A stretch of 64,000 nt of DNA from Takakia lepidozioides. Lineage: Eukaryota > Plantae > Bryophyta. Location: the NCBI GenBank assembly GCA_030704615.1, contig CM060731.1, positions 74,152,001 to 74,216,000 on the forward strand, written 5' to 3'. Below, piece after piece: positions 12,620 to 25,400 of the stretch. Position 1 is the first letter of the stretch; every line of letters starts with the position of its first letter. The translations under genes and the position numbers were made by a program. The notes below the pieces were generated by a model that was given only the letters and a program-made list of their open reading frames with translations, searched no databases and had not been told where the DNA came from.

Positions 12620-15600
12620 CTGCTGTCTCAAATTTCGAGGGAAATCACCAGGGTTCCAGTCATACAACTTGAATGAAATGCGGCCTGTTGGACACTGAAC
12701 AGACATGCACTCCTATTTAGTAAGAATCCTGTCTGAATTAAGCTTAGCACTTGATTCAATATGCTGCTCACATACATGTGTGTTCACAGAGATGACAGAA
12801 AGGGGAATGTCCATTTGCCCACTTCCAGCCTATCACTTCTGCTACCGCTATCACATGGAAAAGGAAGAATGTCAACAGGTACAACCACAAGCTCACCGGT
12901 GATGTATACGTCTGTTTGATAACCCCCCTTGAAGTTAATGGGGACGGTTGTAGTTCTGAAGCCTGTGGCCGGCAATTGCTCCCATTGGCATTGTCCTCCA
13001 GAAGCAACGCCAGCAATGAGTCTTCATCAACACCACCTCTGCCCAACATGCCCCTCTGCTCGTCTCCAGTAACACTGTCACTCAGCCTCGCACTAGGGTC
13101 CCACCACTCGGAGGGCTTGGCAGGAGGATTCACATCCAACACACATGTGGATGAGAGAGAAGCAGCAGCAACACCTGCAGTCGCAATTTGGGTCAGCTCT
13201 AGCCAACTTCTTTCTCAAAGCCAGTGTATCTCTCAGAAAGGGCAACTCCTCAGAAGTTTCCAACAACGTACCAACCAGCTGCTGTGTATCAACCTGCATC
13301 TCCCCATCAACAACCGGCTCCTCTTCTGCACTTGTCTTGCCCTCGTCTTGTGTACCTGAAAGAAGGTGATAAGACCACAACCTCAGTCAGCTCTATTAAC
13401 GGCTGCCAGAGCCACATGCAGAACCCAACTTGAAATCAAATAGTACCATCTGCAGGGCTGGGGTTGTACATGTCATTCGTCAACGCCGTTGTGTCTTCTC
13501 CAGACTCCTGCACCTTCCTCCTACGCCGATTGTTATGACGTTCCAACTTCCGTCGGCAACTTCGCTTGCCTTCATCGAAATCAGATAAAGCATGAAACCT
13601 GAAACAAGAATTCTTGGTTAAGAATGCTGATAAAGAAGACCTACCCACTTTCTTTTCCAGAAGCGTGTCAAATCACGCAACCATTACATAGTAGAATAGT
13701 TAGTAACTTAAAAGATGCTTGACTGATCCTAAAAACAGACACATTGCGATTCACAATTCACAATTGTTTCAAGAGCCTGCATATGAAAGTTTGCACCAAA
13801 TGGTTTACAGTATGTCGTCAATCTCCACAGTCAAAGTTCCAACATGCTGAAATTCCAAATATGACATGCCCGAATCAATAACAGGGTTGCCTATCCTTCA
13901 GCAAACTAAGATATTAGGTGCATTTGTGCCAAAATGCTGTGAGGCACCCAGCACACATGGGGTTTCAATCACATCTCACAGACCTAAGAGTAAATCACAA
14001 CCTTAACATCTCCGCGCTTGGGTAACCTTCTCAGGCAGCACTATGCTAACAGTGCAGTTGAAAATTAGCGTGATCATCACAGATAATTGCCTCCAATCTC
14101 TCCTTTTGGTTACAATCTGTTCACTGATTTAAGTCATCTATGTTGCTACATGTTATCCAGCATCTCTACTCTGCTGTTTTATTCCAGTTGTGTACGTTGC
14201 TACATTATAATAGTTCCTCTTACTTAATAACACTGACATAACCGCTTCCCATCGTCAACTCACTCTTGCTTTTCTCTACAACATAACGGACCCAAATAGA
14301 TAGTTGGTCATGTTCTGGACCCTCATCTGCTTTTCTTCCTTAATTCTCTAACCTATTTGATGAGGCCAAGCCAGGGGTCCCAAACCACTTAATGCTACTT
14401 CATCGATGCCACCATGCGTCTAAATAAGAGAACAACAATTAACCAACCATTTCTCCATGCTGCAGTCACTGCAAACTTCATAAACTCGGCCCTGTATGCG
14501 TCAACCAATATGGTCCTGCTTGTCATCGAGTTATGGGCGCAGCTGATACTTCCAAACTCCCACCCAGCAATTCTTCATGAGCAGTTTCACAACAAGCTCA
14601 GAAGATCACAATGACACTTGCTCCACTTCACCTTCAGACAAGTACCACTGTCGACAGGGAGGGGTAACAACAATAGAAAAAAGCAGGCAAGGAATGAATA
14701 GAAATCACTTACTTGCCACACTGTTGGCAATAGCGATGGGGCACGTCGGGCAGCAGAACTGAGCTCGCATTCGCACAAACTAGGCACACGCGGTGGCGCT
14801 TGTGGTAGTCCTTAAGCCGTGCAAGGTCAGTCCCACAGGTTGGCACCTGGCAACGGGCACTCACCTTGGGCCGCTTGCTGCGAGTGCGTCCTTCATCTTC
14901 ATCCTCAGTATCAGTGCACGCACATGGCACCCTGCCCGCCAAAAAGTTGGGGCAATCCAGCCGTGGGTCCCTTACAGTCTCCTGCTGAAACACTGTGGAG
15001 CTTGATTGCGGCTGCACCTGACCCTGACTAGTAATCCGAGGGCTGGCTTCTAGGTCACCCGAATCAGCCACCGATTGCCCCACTGACCGACTCGCTCCCT
15101 CATCATCCTCCTTATCAGTGCACGCACCTGGCACCCGGCGTGCCAGAAGATTGGAGCCCTCCAGCCTTGGACTGAGTACCGTCTCCTGTACCGTGGAGCT
15201 CGATTGCATCTGCACCTTCAGCCCCTCTACAGCACTTTGAGGGCTGACTTCTAGGTCACCCAAACCAGCCCACGGTTTCCCACGAACCTCCTTCATCTTC
15301 ATCTTCATCCTCATTATCTGTGCACGCGCATGGCACCCTGCCCGCCAGAAAATTGGGGCAATCCAGCCCTGGATCCCTTACTGTCTCCTTCTGAAAGACT
15401 GTGGAGCTTGATTGTGGCTGCACCCCACCCTCTACAGCACTTTGAAGGCTAGCTTCTAGGTCGCTCAAATCACCCCAGGGCTGCTCCACCAATAAACTGG
15501 GGTCCAACAAGGAGGCTGTTTTCAAGCTTGCTCTGGAAGAACCAGTGCTGGAATTCACGGGGTCCCCCAACAACAGCACACTATCCCACTCCCACTCCAA

Positions 15601-15624
15601 GCTTGTATCTCCCGAGTGTCCCAT
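12620..15624 (-). pseudogene. SPL7: SPL7-like SBP-box transcription factor, 5' exons (15624-14713, 13598-13447, 13355-12897, 12694-12620)
   Basis: WEWD N-terminus, RDPRLDCPNFLAGRVPCAC, SBP domain CQVPTC..YHKRHRVC..C..RYCQQCGK|[26 protein letters not shown], and CPTGRISFKLYDWNPGDFP. Frameshifts near 15285 and ~13220. Confidence 0.9.
14890..15480 (-). repeat. Three tandem ~200-bp units inside SPL7 exon 1
   Basis: DLEASP..QSSSTV..ETV.DPRL.C.NFLAGRVPCACTD.ED.EG occurs three times. Confidence 0.9.
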
Positions 15625-15981
15625 GGCACTCGAAACAACTTTCAAGCAGCCCCGTCCCCAGCTTTCACCCCTGCAACATCAGCAAAGCTTTGGAATACAG
15701 AAAAGACCATGTCTGCAGGCCACGGATACTTCGGTGCAGGACACTTGTGGGCTTGGCGGGTAGGGAATGCAAAAAGGCTCATAAGTACATTGAAAGATTT
15801 CAAAGCCAGAGACAATATTCCCTAGCCCGGGACATGGACATGCATGTCCTGGGCTTTTGCTCTTAAAAAATATCCGCAATTCTTGCACTCGCCCACTTGA
15901 AGAGAGAGAGAGAAAGACTCTTGCCAAAGCCGGCGTAACTAAGAGCCACTTCACATTGCGGCTAGTGCCCCCTTTCAAGGC

Positions 15982-16070
15982 TGGGCCTATTGGCCCAATG
16001 AAATATACTAAGCCCCTTCTAAGAGTGGGCCCTATTGGCCCAATGAAACATGTGGGGCTTGCTTGTGGGC
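15982..16070. promoter_or_regulatory. Site II (TGGGCY/GGCCCA) motif cluster upstream of the SPL7 start
   Basis: GGGCC(C)TATTGGCCCAATGAAA twice plus TGGGCT, ~360-440 bp upstream of the ATG at 15624; copied at ~60860-60950. Confidence 0.5.
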
Positions 16071-16339
16071 TTTGATCTTGGGTAAGCGAGAATATTTGAG
16101 GAATCTTTCTAGCCTTGGATGGATTCTTTAGATGATTCCAATATCCTAGGTTGGGGCCTATCTGATTTTAGCGACCGAAGGTCGAAAGCTAGTTTAGCGT
16201 AGAGCAGGAATAGGGTGCCATAGTGCCACATCATCGTCGCCGACACATCGTCGTCGTCAATTTCTTTGGAACCTACCTAAAATGCCTGAAAAGCAGCACG
16301 GGGAAGGGATGCCTCCGCGTGCTCGAGCGCGGAGTTTCG

Positions 16340-16610
16340 CGCAATGTGGTGCTCACCAAGTGTTCAACAGAATGCCTCAACGATCTTTGATCACGTGGAA
16401 TATAATGTTGACAGGATTTGCCAAGCATGGGTGTGGTAGGAATGCTTTGGAGACCTATGAGCAAATTCTGCGCAAAGGGGTGAAGCCCGAACACATCACA
16501 TTTGTTTGTGTTTGCAATGCGTGTGCAAGCCTGGGATCTCTGGAAAAGGGGAAAGAGGTCCATGGTGACATCGTCAAAGCTGGAATTGTACCATATGTCA
16601 CGATGGTGGG
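16340..16610 (+). pseudogene. PLS-PPR fragment embedded in repeat family A
   Basis: AHQVFNRMPQRSLITWNIMLTGFAKHG..ALETYEQILRKGVKPEHITFVCVCNACASLGSLEKGKEVHGDIVKAG. Confidence 0.85.
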
Positions 16611-17039
16611 ACAACCGCAATCGCAAGGTGTGGCTTTTTCTTAATGTACGATGTGAACAAGTTTGTTCATCCTGCACATGTGGGCTCATAGCTCCTGTTA
16701 GTACCATAATTTGATATTCTTCCTGATTATGTTTACAAGGTTCTTGGGAGAGTCAGCTCGGTCTTAGCAGGTCGTGTTTCAATCTATGTCTGCTCAGCTG
16801 CACCGTGGTGGTTCTCACAGACCAATCCGACATCACCTAACTACAGACACAAGCAGCACACACAATGGGTCTTTTTGGGTTGATGATCAAATCCTCTATG
16901 GGTCATGCCACAAGGTCAAGGACAATGTGGTGAGGGTACCTTCTTCTTTGACCTATTTCAGCCTATTTTGCCCTCTCATCAGACTCGGCCCTGAAATGCA
17001 TATTGAATTCTGTAAGTTAGGTGGTTGGGTAGATGGTCA

Positions 17040-19110
17040 ACTAGAAATAGCAGCCGCAGCCGCACAAATGATAGAACAAGGCACTGCTAATGAAGGCACC
17101 TTCTTCAACACATTTCACCCTGTTTTTCCCTCTTGTCAGAATCGGCCCTAAATTTCCATGTTGAATTCTGCATGTTAGCTGGTTGAGTGAATCTGGTTTG
17201 GAGTGACTTTGACATGATACTGCCAATGTGATAATAGGAAAGTATCCAAAAACAGGTAACAGAGATGAGGAGAAGGTGTGGAATGAATACTTTGCTGACC
17301 CCAGTCAATGGTGGGACAACCGAGGCAAAAGGTTGAATCCCTGTTAGATGACAGAGAGTAGCAGACGCAATTCAGCATATGAACTAGTGTGATTGGGTGT
17401 TTCCTAGGTTGTCATTGTCAGCGGCTAGCAGCAAGGGCAAAGATGAATGCATGATTTTGTGCAGAGGCATGGATAGCTGAAGGAGAAGGGATAGAGTGTG
17501 GGTCCAGATTCATCCAAGAGGGCCAGATTTCAAGCACTAAGATTACGTATGATTCCCTGTGGATCAATAGCTACAAGAAACCTGCATGCGCAGATGGTCA
17601 ACTAAAGGCAGCAGCTGCCAAACATAAATGAACGTGATGTGGTTGGGCTTCACCCCTTCGCGCATCATTTGCTCACCACATCACACTAGAAGCATTCGTG
17701 TCATTTACCACTGGGGTAACGACTCATTTTGAGTCGTAAAAGTCAAAAAACTGGGATCGACTGGAAGTTACAACAGACTAGTTACAACAGACGTGGTAGT
17801 TGGGTTGGACATCCAATGATTGGAGTGGTAAAGGACGCAGACGCGCGAACAACTGCTCAGCGATTAATGCTGAAGAACCACGTGGCGTAACCAGGCAGGC
17901 CGCCCGTGTGTCTGACCTTTTGGGCTGACTTTGACTTTTCCCTCCGGATGAGTGGACCGACTCACCGAAGCGCGGTGACACATGGACGCGGACGTGGACG
18001 ACGATGTGGACGCCGACGTGGCGGCGCCACAACGAGCAGCACTGCTGCCACGTGGCCACGGGCCTGGGGCGCCACGTGGTAGTAGACCACATAACTTGCA
18101 GTGCTACATGCCCAAGTGGCAATTGCGACTGCAGAAGTTGGCGCAACCACTGCTTTACTACTTTACATGAAGTGCTCGAAATTACTTGAACAATCATTCA
18201 TAGTGATTCATGCTTTGGAGTTTTGGTGTAGTGAGTCGACTAGTAATGCCATACAAGAGAACTAATCATGCATTAGAAATGCACAAACGATGAAAGACAT
18301 GCCATGAAACAAAATGAAATGAAAATGAATGAAATGAAACAAAATGGTACTTTATTACATCTGCGGAAAGCTCAAAGATCTTATGGGACAAAATGAAAAA
18401 CACAAAGTAAAAAAGCAACCCAAAAGCTACTGCTGCTCTGGGGATTGCCTAAGGGTCAAGGCCTCGTGCAAGTAAGCTGTCAAGCAGTTCTGATCCTTAT
18501 AATGCAAGACTTCAGTGAGTTCCACGGAATAGACCATCTACCCATGGAGGTTTCTTGTAGTTATTGATCCACAGTGAATCATAGATAAATCTTGTGCTTG
18601 AAATTTGGCCCTCTAGGATGAATCTGGACCACACTCTATCCCTGCTCCTTCAGCTATCCATGCCCCTGCACAAATCATGCATTCATCCTTGCCTTGCTGC
18701 TAGTAGCTGACAATGACAACCTACATTTGTTCTAGGAAACATCCAACTCAGCTTATCACACTAGTTCATATGCTCAATTGCGTCTGCTACCCTCTGAAAT
18801 GTAGCAGACATTCACCTTTTTGCCTCAGTTGTCCCATCATTGACTGGGGGCAGAAAAGTATTCACTCCACAGCTTCTCCTCATGTCTGTTACTTGTTTTT
18901 TGATACTTTCCTGTTGTCACATAGTAGTATCATGTCAAAGTCACTCCAAACTAGATTCACTCAACCAGCTAACTTGCAGAATTCAACATGGAAATTTTGG
19001 GCCGATTCTGATAAGAGGGAAAAATAGGGTGAAATGTGCTGAAGAAGATGCCTTCATTAACAATGTCTGATTTTATCAATTGTGCCGTTGCTGCCAGTTG
19101 ACCATCTACC
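17040..19110. repeat. Long imperfect inverted repeat (arms ~17040-17600 and ~18530-19110)
   Basis: For example, 17521-17600 GGCCAGATTTCAAGCAC...CAAGAAACC...AGATGGTC is the reverse complement of 18531-18610. Confidence 0.8.
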
Positions 19111-19184
19111 CATGCAGGTTTCTTGTAGCTTCATAGTTAATCTGGAGCTTGAAGTCCGGCCCTCTTGGGTGAATCTGCACCCAC

Positions 19185-19911
19185 TGTCGCGCACCTCATT
19201 TCGGTAAGCTCCCCTTCAAGTCATAGTTACTCGCTTTGATGCGCGCGCCTGACTCCCAACCTGGCCGCCGGGCCAACTTGGAGCTTCGGCTGCTCACCAG
19301 GACATAACGGTCCCCCTTCGCTCTCCCACTAAACCCTCCACCTATTTGGGCCTAGTGGAATTCCCTTTGGTAGATGGCAGTCCGGAACAACTCCCCACTC
19401 TTTGGTCGCTTTCCGGCTCGCTCGCTTACTCACTAGTTTTTGGTCACCAACGGGCTTGCACCGTTCTCGGGGTCACTACCCCCCTTATATATACTTCTGT
19501 AGCTGTCCGCGGGGGTTTCACAACCAGCCATGCCATTTTATGGCGAACCACCACGAAAACCCTCGACTCCCGGTGATGAGTCGCGGTGAGTCTTGGCCCA
19601 CTCACCACGGCCCCTATGGACCGTGATGAGTCCCAAGACTCCCCACGACTCCCACCACGAGGTCTCCGCCCCCATGGTGAGTCCTATGCCACCCCCACTA
19701 AGTCCCGCTAAGCTACCACCACCCCTTGTGGAGCCACCCCAACCGCATCCCGGTGTGCGAGGCTCCACCTAGTGAGCGCCTCCGCCTCCTTGAGTGCCTT
19801 GGGCACTCAAGGGTGCTTCAGCCCCCCATACCTATCGATGCCGCTGCCCCCACCACAGGGGCAGCCCCTCATGTGTCCCGACCCCCGCCCTCAAGGCAAA
19901 GGGCCGTGACA
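19185..19911 (-). repeat. 3' LTR
   Basis: TGTCGCG...GTGACA; near-identical to 25401-26128; purine-rich tract adjacent on the minus strand. Confidence 0.95.
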
Positions 19912-20787
19912 CACACCCCTACCAACAAGGAGTCGATGTCCTCATCGACTTGTCCATTTTGTAGAAACGAACATCCAAGTTGTGGCGTCCCACATCAAGG
20001 AGTTTGTTTCCGCACCATGGCGTCCCATGGCAAAGAACCAAACCCCACACTTGACTCTACTCTCCACTAGCTAGTTCGGTTGACTTCCTCCAAGTCCCGG
20101 CCAAGGGTGGAGCCTCTCCAGCTCCTCCCAGTGCACTCTTCTTGGCCTACTTCAAGGCCAAGGAACGATCCTCCCCGAGGATCGAATCGCCTTACTGCAA
20201 CAACCTTTTGGCATCACCTTGAGCAAGGGTTCACCTGGAACCTTCTTTTGACTAGGAAGATAACCTTGAACCAACCGTGCGCAATCACTACAATTGGGTC
20301 CGCCTTGGAATGCTGGCCTGAGGTACGGGAACACGCTGAAGCCGCACTACGACTTCGTCCCGAGGCTACACGATTATAGTACGTGAACGGAAGCACGTAG
20401 CTTCCGCGTTAGCCCGCACTACAAGGCAACCCCCTCGGTAGCGCAGTTATAGTACGCGCACGCGCCAGGTGCGCACTAGCACGTGAACTCCCAAAGAAGG
20501 CGCAAGTTTCTTTGCCCCTCGGATGGGGGTCACCCGATTTCGGCACTACGCAAACACACGATTAACCCAATTTACCTCTCCCACTTTTATAAGCTAGCAT
20601 GCATTCTACACACTAGCCAACCATACATGCATCACCATTCCAAACAAAATAGGACGCACAACATTTGGAAGCCATTTCATTTATAGCACGTTTTGTACAA
20701 TACAAGTTTTTGCAATCGGATTCCTAAGCTAGCTAAGCCGGGCTAAGCATGCATTTCCTCCTCCACGCTCCAAGGTTGATGTCCCCA

Positions 20788-23700
20788 TCAACGCTTCTTC
20801 CGCTTTTGAGGTCGCCCTTCGAAAGCTGCAACCGCCTCGGATGCGTTTCCCATTTCTGAGGCACGCACCCAAGATGCCTCCACATGATGATAGCCCTTCC
20901 ATTTGACGAGATACACCGTTTCTCGGTTCTTGCACCTCCTCGACTTAAGTATTGCTTCCACCTCGTACTCAGGTTCATTTTCATGATCCAACAGCATAGG
21001 TGGCGGACGCAACACTTGATGTCGATTCGGAAGCGCTTCATCTTTGAAGTAAGGCTTCAAAAGGGAGACATGGAATACTGGGTGCACCTTGTTGTTTGCC
21101 GGCAACTCCAATTCATACCATCCTCATTCATAACCTTTCGAATGCGAAAAGGTCCCGCATACGGAGGTACGAACTTCGGACTCACTTCCGGAGGTAGTCG
21201 GAAATTCTTGATGTTCAACCAGACCTCCGTGCCTGCCTCAAACTTCACTTCCCTCCGCTTCCGATTCGCCTGCCTTTCATACCGTTTCCTAGCTTTGGCA
21301 ATGTTGTACTTTGCGAGCTTCAACAAACGCTCGCGTTCTTCCAGTACCGCCGCTACTGCCGGTTCCTCAACGTCCTGGGCGGCCCAACTTGTCGGCACTA
21401 GAGGTGCTTTTCCATAGACCAATATGAAAGGGGAAACTCCCGTTGCGGAGTGTTCTGTGTTATTATAACAGAACTCTGCCGCGTCTAAGTGTTCCACCCA
21501 GTCTGTTTGGTCTGCCGACACGTAATTCCGCAAGATCTGCTTCACTACAGAATTCACTCTTTCTGTTTGGCCGTCGGTCGTAGGTCGGAAGGCGATGCTC
21601 ATCTTCAGCCTCGTCCCCATCTTCTTCCAAAGTGCCCTCCAAAATTTACTCGTAAACTTTGGATCGCGGTCTGAGACAATATCCTTCGGGACTCCATGAT
21701 GCTTTAAGATGTGGGCGAAGTAGTCGCCCTGTCTCCTGCGCCGTTGCCGTCTCCTTGGTGGGGATGAAATGACCCATTTTACTAAACCTATCCACCACCA
21801 CCATGATTGCATCGAATCCTTTTGACAGCGGCATAGCAGTCATGAAATCCATCGAGACGCTTTCCCAAGTCCCCTCTGGATCGGCAAGGGTTGTAACAGC
21901 CCCGCTTGCTTTTTGTACTCGCTCCGGTTTTGTTGGCATGTGGTGCATGTCTTGACATACTCCTCTGCCTCCTCCCTCAGTTTGGACCAGAAATACTCTT
22001 TCTTCAAGAGTGCCGCAGTGCGCTTGGCTCCGCCGTGGCCCGCAAGCGGGCTATCAAGGCATTCTCTCAAGAGGCTATCTCTGATCCCTCCCTTCGGCAC
22101 GTAGAGACGCTTTTGTTTATACCGGAGCAGTCCATTTTGCAAGTGGAACTGCGATTTAACCCCCATCCTCAAGTCCTGCATCACGGACTTCGTCAGCTCA
22201 TCCTTCCGGCAAGCCTTCCGGATCTTCCTTTGGAGCGCCGTCTCGCCCTTGTACACCAACAAGAGCTGCTGCTTTCTACTTAAAGCATCGGCCGCCATGT
22301 TGTCTCGTCCCAGTTTGTACTGGATATCCACATCGAACACCGCCAAAGTATCTTGCCACCTAAGTTGTTTTGGGGACAACTTGGGCTGTGTGGCAAAATA
22401 CTTCACCGTGACATTGTCCGTGAACACATTCACTGGGTTGGAACCAACATAGTGGCGCCAAAGCTCAAGACAGTGCACCACCGCCTTCATCTCTTTCTCG
22501 TGCGTCGGCCACCGTCGCTCCACTTCATTCAGTTTCTTACTTTCGTAAGCCACTGGACGTCCATCCTGCATCAGTACTCCCCCAATCGCGAAGTCCGACG
22601 CATCTGTATGTATCTCGAACGGACGATCGAACTCCGGGATTTTCAAGACTGGAGCTTCCGCCATCCGCTGCTTCAATTCAGCAAAAGCTTGGCCACAAAA
22701 GGTGTTCCATGCCCAGACTTTAGATTTACACAGAAGGTCTGACAGCGGCCCCGCGATTTTTGCGAAATTTCTCACATACTTTCGGTAATAGGAGGCGAGT
22801 CCTAGGAAGGATCGCACTCCTGGGACCGAAGTCGGAGGCTCCCAGTCCAAAATTGCCCTCACCTTCCTGTCATCCATTTTGATCCCATCCTGTGTAATCA
22901 CATGCCCCAGGAACTCCACTTTTGTGACCCCGAATTCGCACTTTGAAGCTTTGGCATACAGCTTCCCTTCTCGCAATTTCTGGAACACCCTTTTGAGGTG
23001 CTCCAGGTGCTCCTCCTTTGTTTTCGAATACACCAAGATGTCGTCGATGTACACGATCACAAAGTCATCTAACCACTCCTGGAAAAGACTGTTCATCAGC
23101 ATGCTAAATGTCGCTGGTGCATTGGTGAGCCCAAAAGGCATCACCAAGAACTCATATGAACCATACCTTGTCCTGCACGCGGTCTTCTCCTCATCTCCTT
23201 CCGCCACCCGAATTTGATGATAGCCGGAGCGCAAGTCGATCCGGCTGAAATACTTCGTTCCTGCCAACCGATCGAAGAGGTCGTCGATCCTTGGCAAAGG
23301 GTACCGGTTTTTGATAGTCACCTTATTCAGAGCCCTGTAATCGACACACATCCGCAGTGTCCCATCCTTCTTGTCTGCAAATAGCACCAGGGCTCCGTAA
23401 GGTGATTTACTCGGCCGGATGTACCCCTTTGACATTAGATCCTTGAGCTGAGTCTTCAGCTCGACCAACTCTCTGTGGCTCAACCGGTAGGGCGCCTTGG
23501 CAGGCGGTTCCGATCCCGGTATCACCTCAATCTTGTGGTCAACTCCTCTTCGCGGTGGCAAGCCGCTTGGCAAATCCTCCGGCATCACATCATGGTATTT
23601 CTCCAAAATCCCCTTGATCCAATCTGGGCTCGGCTCTCCATCGCCTTCTCCCTTCACTTCTCTAATGTAGAGCAAAAACTGGGGCTCGTGTGCCTCCTCC

Positions 23701-25399
23701 ACGGCCCACTCTCTTGCTGACAGAAGGTTTATTCGCCCTCCCACGGGTTTGGGCGTTTCTGAAACTCCTAAGACCTCGCCACCATTCCAACATGGCAGCG
23801 TGACTACCCTCTTGCGGCCATCTATGACCGCTCCGGATTTGCTCAAAAAGGTCATCCCCAAAATGAGATCCACTCCATCGATCTCGCAGACGGTGAAGTT
23901 TTCACGTCCCTCCCAACTCCCCAGTTGAAGAGGAACATCGAACGCCAACCTCGTCGCCAATTGCGGTTCTCCTTTGGCAGAACGCACCCCAATAGAGGCC
24001 CCTACGTCAGTTGTCGGGAGTCCCAACTTTTGTGCCGTTGCCGGTGTCATGAAGGAGTGCGACGCTCCTGTGTCCACCAACAATGACACGTTAGTTCCGG
24101 ATGTTATCCCATCCACGAACAATAAGTGACTCCATTTACGCAATGCGCCAGTTTCTTGATACAACTCACAAGAATATTTGCCTACCTTGCAAGTCCTGGC
24201 GACCACCGCTTCCACCAAGCGACTGATGGTATCTTCCGACAGTTCCGTGGTTGCTCGAGTCATGTTCAATTGTCGGGGTTTCGTGCACTTCTTGGCCATG
24301 TGCCCGGGCTCTCCGCAATTGAAACACACTCCATCAAAGGTCGCCTTCTGTCCGCCATAAGCCGCTCCACCCGTTTTTCCTTTCGAAGCACCGGGTGTCG
24401 CCTTGACGTGTGAAGGCCCTCCCTTCGATTTCCACGTGCCATTGTCGCCGCGTGGCCTATCCCACTTCTTTTCCGGTCGGAAGGAGTCACCTTCCCGCCG
24501 GGTCTTCTTGTGGTTCAGCTCCGTACGGCCTTGTCTTTCACCCCTAGGGACATGTGAGAAACATTCAGCCCTCTCTATTGCCTCGTTCAAAGTCTTAGGT
24601 GGCTTCTCCTCCAACTTCCGCCTGGCCCATGGGGCCAGTCCCGCCACAAAGTTGAAGACCATTTCCGGTTCTGCCATGTCCGCGACTTCGAGCAAAAGCA
24701 CATTGAAAGCCTGGACATATCCCGAATGTCGTCTGTTTGCTTCAAATTCCTCATCTTGTCCCGGGCAAGCCAGGACGCGTTGAGGGGCACAAACTGACGC
24801 TTCATCAATTCCTTGAACCCACTCCAGTTCAAGGTTTCCGGACTTGGACCTCGGTCGTGAAGGCGTTTCTGCCACCATTGTTGAGCATAGCCCCTCAAAT
24901 AGGTGGGAGCCACTTCCACCTGATCCTCGTCACTCAACTTGGCCGCCCGGAAGTACTGCTCTAGCTCCAAGAGCCAGGTGTTGAGTGCCTTCCGATTTCG
25001 GACGCCCTCGAAGGTGCCGGGTTCCTTAGGCTTCACCTTAAACTTTGCCTTAGCGGAAGTGGCATTAGCCGCCTTCAACACGTCTTTCAACGTCCCGCCA
25101 AACTGCGCCAGCAACCCTTCTCAAAAAGCTGCCGGCATGGGAGGCATCTGTTGGTCTGTCGGAGCTGTCAGGGATTCCTCGGGCTCCGACTCCTCGGATT
25201 CCTCCCGCTCTTGAGCGGCCTCGTTTTCAGAAACCTGCGTCGCTTCCTCAAACGGCCGCTTCGGTGACACGTCGCCCCCATCGGGCTCACCAGGATCATC
25301 ATCTTTTGGGCCGTTCCGCTTTTGCTTTGGCTTGCCCAACCCCATGATGAGGCCAATCCCAAGGACGATCGCGTACTGAACTATAAGCTCTGATACCAA
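20788..25399 (-). pseudogene. gag-pol polyprotein, broken by a stop at 25121-25123 and several frameshifts
   Basis: [14 protein letters not shown] knuckle, [10 protein letters not shown] protease, YIDD RT, TDASD RNase H, integrase VVVDRFSKM/SDRDPKF/DGQTER, GPF motif, chromodomain EYEVEAIL..YLVKWKGY..EASW. Confidence 0.95.
25387..25398 (-). other. Primer binding site (tRNA-iMet)
   Basis: TGGTATCAGAGC, 2 nt downstream of the 5' LTR. Confidence 0.95.
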
Positions 25400-25400
25400 G

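Noticed and set aside
24587-24878. Programmed ribosomal frameshift between gag and pol
   Set aside because: The shift falls inside the gag core, and further shifts break integrase; mutational decay is simpler
20884-24964. Numerous plus-strand ORFs over the retrotransposon (and antisense ORFs over MTPSL/FAO)
   Set aside because: Shadow ORFs opposite real coding frames, with no motifs
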